Below the pieces are notes generated by a model that was not told the origin of the DNA, did not search any database, and worked only from the letters and a program-made list of their open reading frames with translations. DNA of 64,000 bases, from positions 2,627 to 66,626 of the forward strand of contig CABUID010000004.1 of the NCBI GenBank assembly GCA_902491575.1, written 5' to 3'. Positions 61,450 through 64,000 of the stretch are shown here, one piece after another (the stretch's first letter is position 1; each line of letters opens with the position of its first letter). This DNA is from an uncultured Bacillota bacterium. Lineage in GTDB: Bacteria > Bacillota_I > Bacilli_A > RFN20 > CAG-631. The position numbers and the translations under genes are program-made.

Positions 61450-62220
61450 ATGAAAATAGTCATTTATGTAGGAAAATTTGAAAAAGAATTTTCAAATTAT
61501 TCATTCGAAAAACCAAAATCTTTATTAGAAATTGGTGATATGCCTATCTTATGGCATATTATGAAATACTATGCATCATTTGGGTTTAATGATTTTGTTT
61601 TGGCATGCAGTTATAAACCTTATTATATCAAAGAATTTTTTGCAAATTATGCTTTACATCATAATGATGTCACTATCGATTTAAAAAACAAAACAATTAA
61701 ACCATTATTAAATGAAGAGGAAGATTGGAAAATAACAATCATCGATGTAGGTAAAAATACAAATACTGGTGGAGCTATTAAAAAACTACACCCTGTTATT
61801 GGTGATGAAATGTTTATGTTTACTTATGGTGATGGTCTTTCAAATATCGATTTAAATTTATTATTATCTCATCATATTCGCCATAAAAAAATGATTACAA
61901 TAAGTTCTATTTCTGCTAGTCAAAAGTTCGGTATTATTGACTTTAACGATAATGGTTCTGTTATCGGCTTTAGAGAAAAAGATAGTTTAGATTCTACTGT
62001 CAATGGTGGATATATGGTTTGTAATCCTGAAGTATTTGATTTAATTGACGATAGCGCAAATACTATTTTTGAAAGAGAACCTATGATTACCGCAGTAGCC
62101 TATCACCAAGTTACTGCTTACCGACACCATGGATTTTGGCGTAGTGTAGATACTTTTAATGATCTTGATGAATTAAATGAAATGTGGATTAATGGAAATG
62201 CTCCTTGGAAAAATTGGTAA
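61450..62220 (+). CDS. Glucose-1-phosphate cytidylyltransferase (RfbF/DdhA) homologue with a degenerate N-terminal nucleotide-binding loop.
   Basis: Strong similarity across the body ('KPILWHIMK' -> 'MPILWHIMK', 'IKEFFANYALH', 'FTYGDG', 'INGGYMVCNP', 'GFWRSVDT', 'APWKNW'). The signature 'LAGGLGTRL' is replaced by 'YVGKFEKEF'. Confidence 0.7.
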   Translation: MKIVIYVGKFEKEFSNYSFEKPKSLLEIGDMPILWHIMKYYASFGFNDFVLACSYKPYYIKEFFANYALHHNDVTIDLKNKTIKPLLNEEEDWKITIIDVGKNTNTGGAIKKLHPVIGDEMFMFTYGDGLSNIDLNLLLSHHIRHKKMITISSISASQKFGIIDFNDNGSVIGFREKDSLDSTVNGGYMVCNPEVFDLIDDSANTIFEREPMITAVAYHQVTAYRHHGFWRSVDTFNDLDELNEMWINGNAPWKNW

Positions 62221-62288
62221 AACAAAAAAATTCGACTGACATTTTAAATTATTTTTTGATAAAATATAATAGAAAGGGGATATGAAAT

Positions 62289-62786
62289 ATGTTTAAAGTA
62301 AACGATAATGTAATACATAAAAGCGCAGGTGCTTGCATCGTAGAAGATATCGTTACACGTGATTTTGGCACGGGTGATAAAACATATTATTATCTTAAAC
62401 CTAAATATCCAAATGCTGTTAATAAAACTTTAGAAATTTATTTGCCTTTAGATAAGGAAAATGATTTTATTCGTAAACCTTTATCCAAGAAAGATGTTTT
62501 ATCTCTTATACAATCCATTCCATCTATGGAAAAAATATGGTTTAATGATGCTAAAACACGTAAATTAAAATTTGAAGAAATTTATCACGATGGAAATATC
62601 AAGGGATTATGTCAATTGGTTAAGCTTTTATATGTTGAGTCAGACTTTTTTTCAAAACCAATGAGCCTTACCGATAAAGGATTTTTAACAAAAATCCGCA
62701 ATAATATTTTTGATGAATTTGCTGTAGCTTTAGAAATATTGCCACAGGAAGTTGAACAATATGTCAAAAAATACCTAGTAGATTAA
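62289..62786 (+). CDS. CarD/CdnL/TRCF-domain family protein (RNAP-interacting).
   Basis: N-terminal 'MFKVNDNVIHKSAGACIVEDIV' resembles the CarD_CdnL Tudor-like domain. Confidence 0.55.
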   Translation: MFKVNDNVIHKSAGACIVEDIVTRDFGTGDKTYYYLKPKYPNAVNKTLEIYLPLDKENDFIRKPLSKKDVLSLIQSIPSMEKIWFNDAKTRKLKFEEIYHDGNIKGLCQLVKLLYVESDFFSKPMSLTDKGFLTKIRNNIFDEFAVALEILPQEVEQYVKKYLVD

Positions 62787-62861
62787 TTACCATATCCATT
62801 TATTCAATTATATGATATAATTTATAATGAATAAATGGATTTTTATTGAAAGGATGGTAGT

Positions 62862-63998
62862 ATGAAAAAATTACTAAAAATATGTTCTATTATTACTTTT
62901 TCATTGAGTATAGCAAGTTGTGAAAATAAAACCTTTAATTCAAATAGTGAAAATCTTTCAAGCGATTCTCATTCAACCATTGAAGAATCAAGCAATCCTA
63001 TTTCAACAGACGAAAATAGTTCTTCGGTTGATGACAAAGAATATACAACTTTCGTAGAACTTGAAGATGTTTTTATTGAAGTAGGAGAAACTTATAGTTT
63101 GAAAAATGCACTGAGTGAATTTAAAGGAATAATGATAACTTCACAAAATGTAAATATTGCTTTTTACAATTCTAGTACATCACAAATTATGGGAAACATG
63201 GTTGGATCTACTTCTTTAATTTTAAAATATAGAGAACAATTTCAATTACTTCCTGTCACCGTTGTAAAACAAGGTACTTACGCTAATAATTTTGTTTTTG
63301 ATCGTTTTCATCTTGAAGATAAGAATATCGTTGCTTTTGGTGATTCTGTTACTGCTGATGCTACCTTAGGAGGCTCGGGATTAACATATGTATCTTTATT
63401 TGCGAATAAATATCATATGAATTTATTAAACAACTACGCAATAGGAGGAACTACTGCAACTTATATGTATGAAGGTAGTAATATCTACAAAGAATATGCT
63501 AATAATAAAACGGCTATTGATGGATGTCGAGTCGTTTATAATGCATTTAAAAATGAAGAATTAGAAAATGTAGATTATGCATTTATTGCTTATGGTCATA
63601 ATGATCAATATTTTCAGCCACCTGTTACTGTCTCTGGTGATGATGTTTATTGTGTTGATAATAGTTTTTCTTCTTGTCATTCTTATAAAGGCAGTTATCG
63701 TTATATGATTAATGTTTTAAGAGAGGCCAATCCAAATGTAAGAATTATTCTCTTAAATTGTACTTATTCAGAATATGATATTGTCAGTCCTTCGCCTTAT
63801 GGCTCTACTTATAATTATACGAGCTACCGAATGGCAACAAAAGAAATTGCTGAAGAAATGAATTGTCGTTATATTGATCCATGGGATTATATGAAAGATT
63901 ATTTTGATTATGACAAAACGAGAACTTATTATTCTGATTCTGTACATTTGACTGCTAAAGGACATCAAGTTTTAAGCAATTATATTTATAATAATTAA
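62862..63998 (+). CDS. Lipoprotein with an SGNH/GDSL hydrolase domain.
   Basis: Lipobox 'LSIASC'; 'IVAFGDSVTAD' (GDS block I); 'YSDSVHLTAKGHQ' (DxxH block V). Confidence 0.65.
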   Translation: MKKLLKICSIITFSLSIASCENKTFNSNSENLSSDSHSTIEESSNPISTDENSSSVDDKEYTTFVELEDVFIEVGETYSLKNALSEFKGIMITSQNVNIAFYNSSTSQIMGNMVGSTSLILKYREQFQLLPVTVVKQGTYANNFVFDRFHLEDKNIVAFGDSVTADATLGGSGLTYVSLFANKYHMNLLNNYAIGGTTATYMYEGSNIYKEYANNKTAIDGCRVVYNAFKNEELENVDYAFIAYGHNDQYFQPPVTVSGDDVYCVDNSFSSCHSYKGSYRYMINVLREANPNVRIILLNCTYSEYDIVSPSPYGSTYNYTSYRMATKEIAEEMNCRYIDPWDYMKDYFDYDKTRTYYSDSVHLTAKGHQVLSNYIYNN

Positions 63999-64000
63999 TT

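Noticed and set aside
61450-61520. Possible frameshift explaining the missing GGxGTRL loop in the RfbF homologue.
   Set aside because: The other two forward frames over this stretch contain stops and no glycine-rich motif. The degenerate loop appears genuine in this sequence.
1-64000. Scan for tRNA, rRNA and CRISPR arrays.
   Set aside because: No cloverleaf-compatible GC-rich ~75-nt segments, no rRNA-like conserved stretches and no regularly spaced direct repeats were seen.

Overview
This is an AT-rich (about 28-30% GC) chromosomal window from a low-GC Gram-positive bacterium (Bacillota). Gene order is Bacillus-like: tatD-rnmV-rsmA-yabG, gdpP-rplI-dnaB, comEA-comEC-holA and rex. Housekeeping genes (gdhA, asd, mnmE, rsmA, ispE, gdpP, rplI, dnaB, greA, holA) alternate with accessory segments.

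(a) The left end holds IS21-family debris: a decayed istB and an IstA-like fragment fused in frame to a DUF4143 AAA ATPase. Next to it is a small islet at about 2.4-7.8 kb, bracketed on the left by a complete class-II Fic AMPylase and on the right by a truncated Fic C-terminal remnant. Inside the bracket are a lipoprotein and a large secreted C39-like cysteine peptidase.

(b) A MerR regulator sits divergent to an aldo-keto reductase and a flavin reductase detox pair.

(c) A 15-kb minus-strand capsule/exopolysaccharide locus spans 17.6-32.8 kb. It carries cpsC-cpsD-cpsB (Wzz/BY-kinase/PHP phosphatase), a CapD 4,6-dehydratase, a PglC-type priming transferase, four glycosyltransferases, an acyltransferase, Wzy and Wzx. 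Unusually, it also carries an HpcH/HpaI-family aldolase-like gene and an Ldh_2-family 2-oxoacid dehydrogenase gene, translationally coupled inside the operon. This is the most likely candidate for an undescribed sugar-acid or substituent biosynthetic module.

(d) An FMN riboswitch with an intrinsic terminator expression platform lies upstream of an ECF S-component (ribU).

(e) An orphan glucose-1-phosphate cytidylyltransferase (RfbF) homologue has a degenerate nucleotide-binding glycine loop.

No rRNA, tRNA or CRISPR arrays were recognised.
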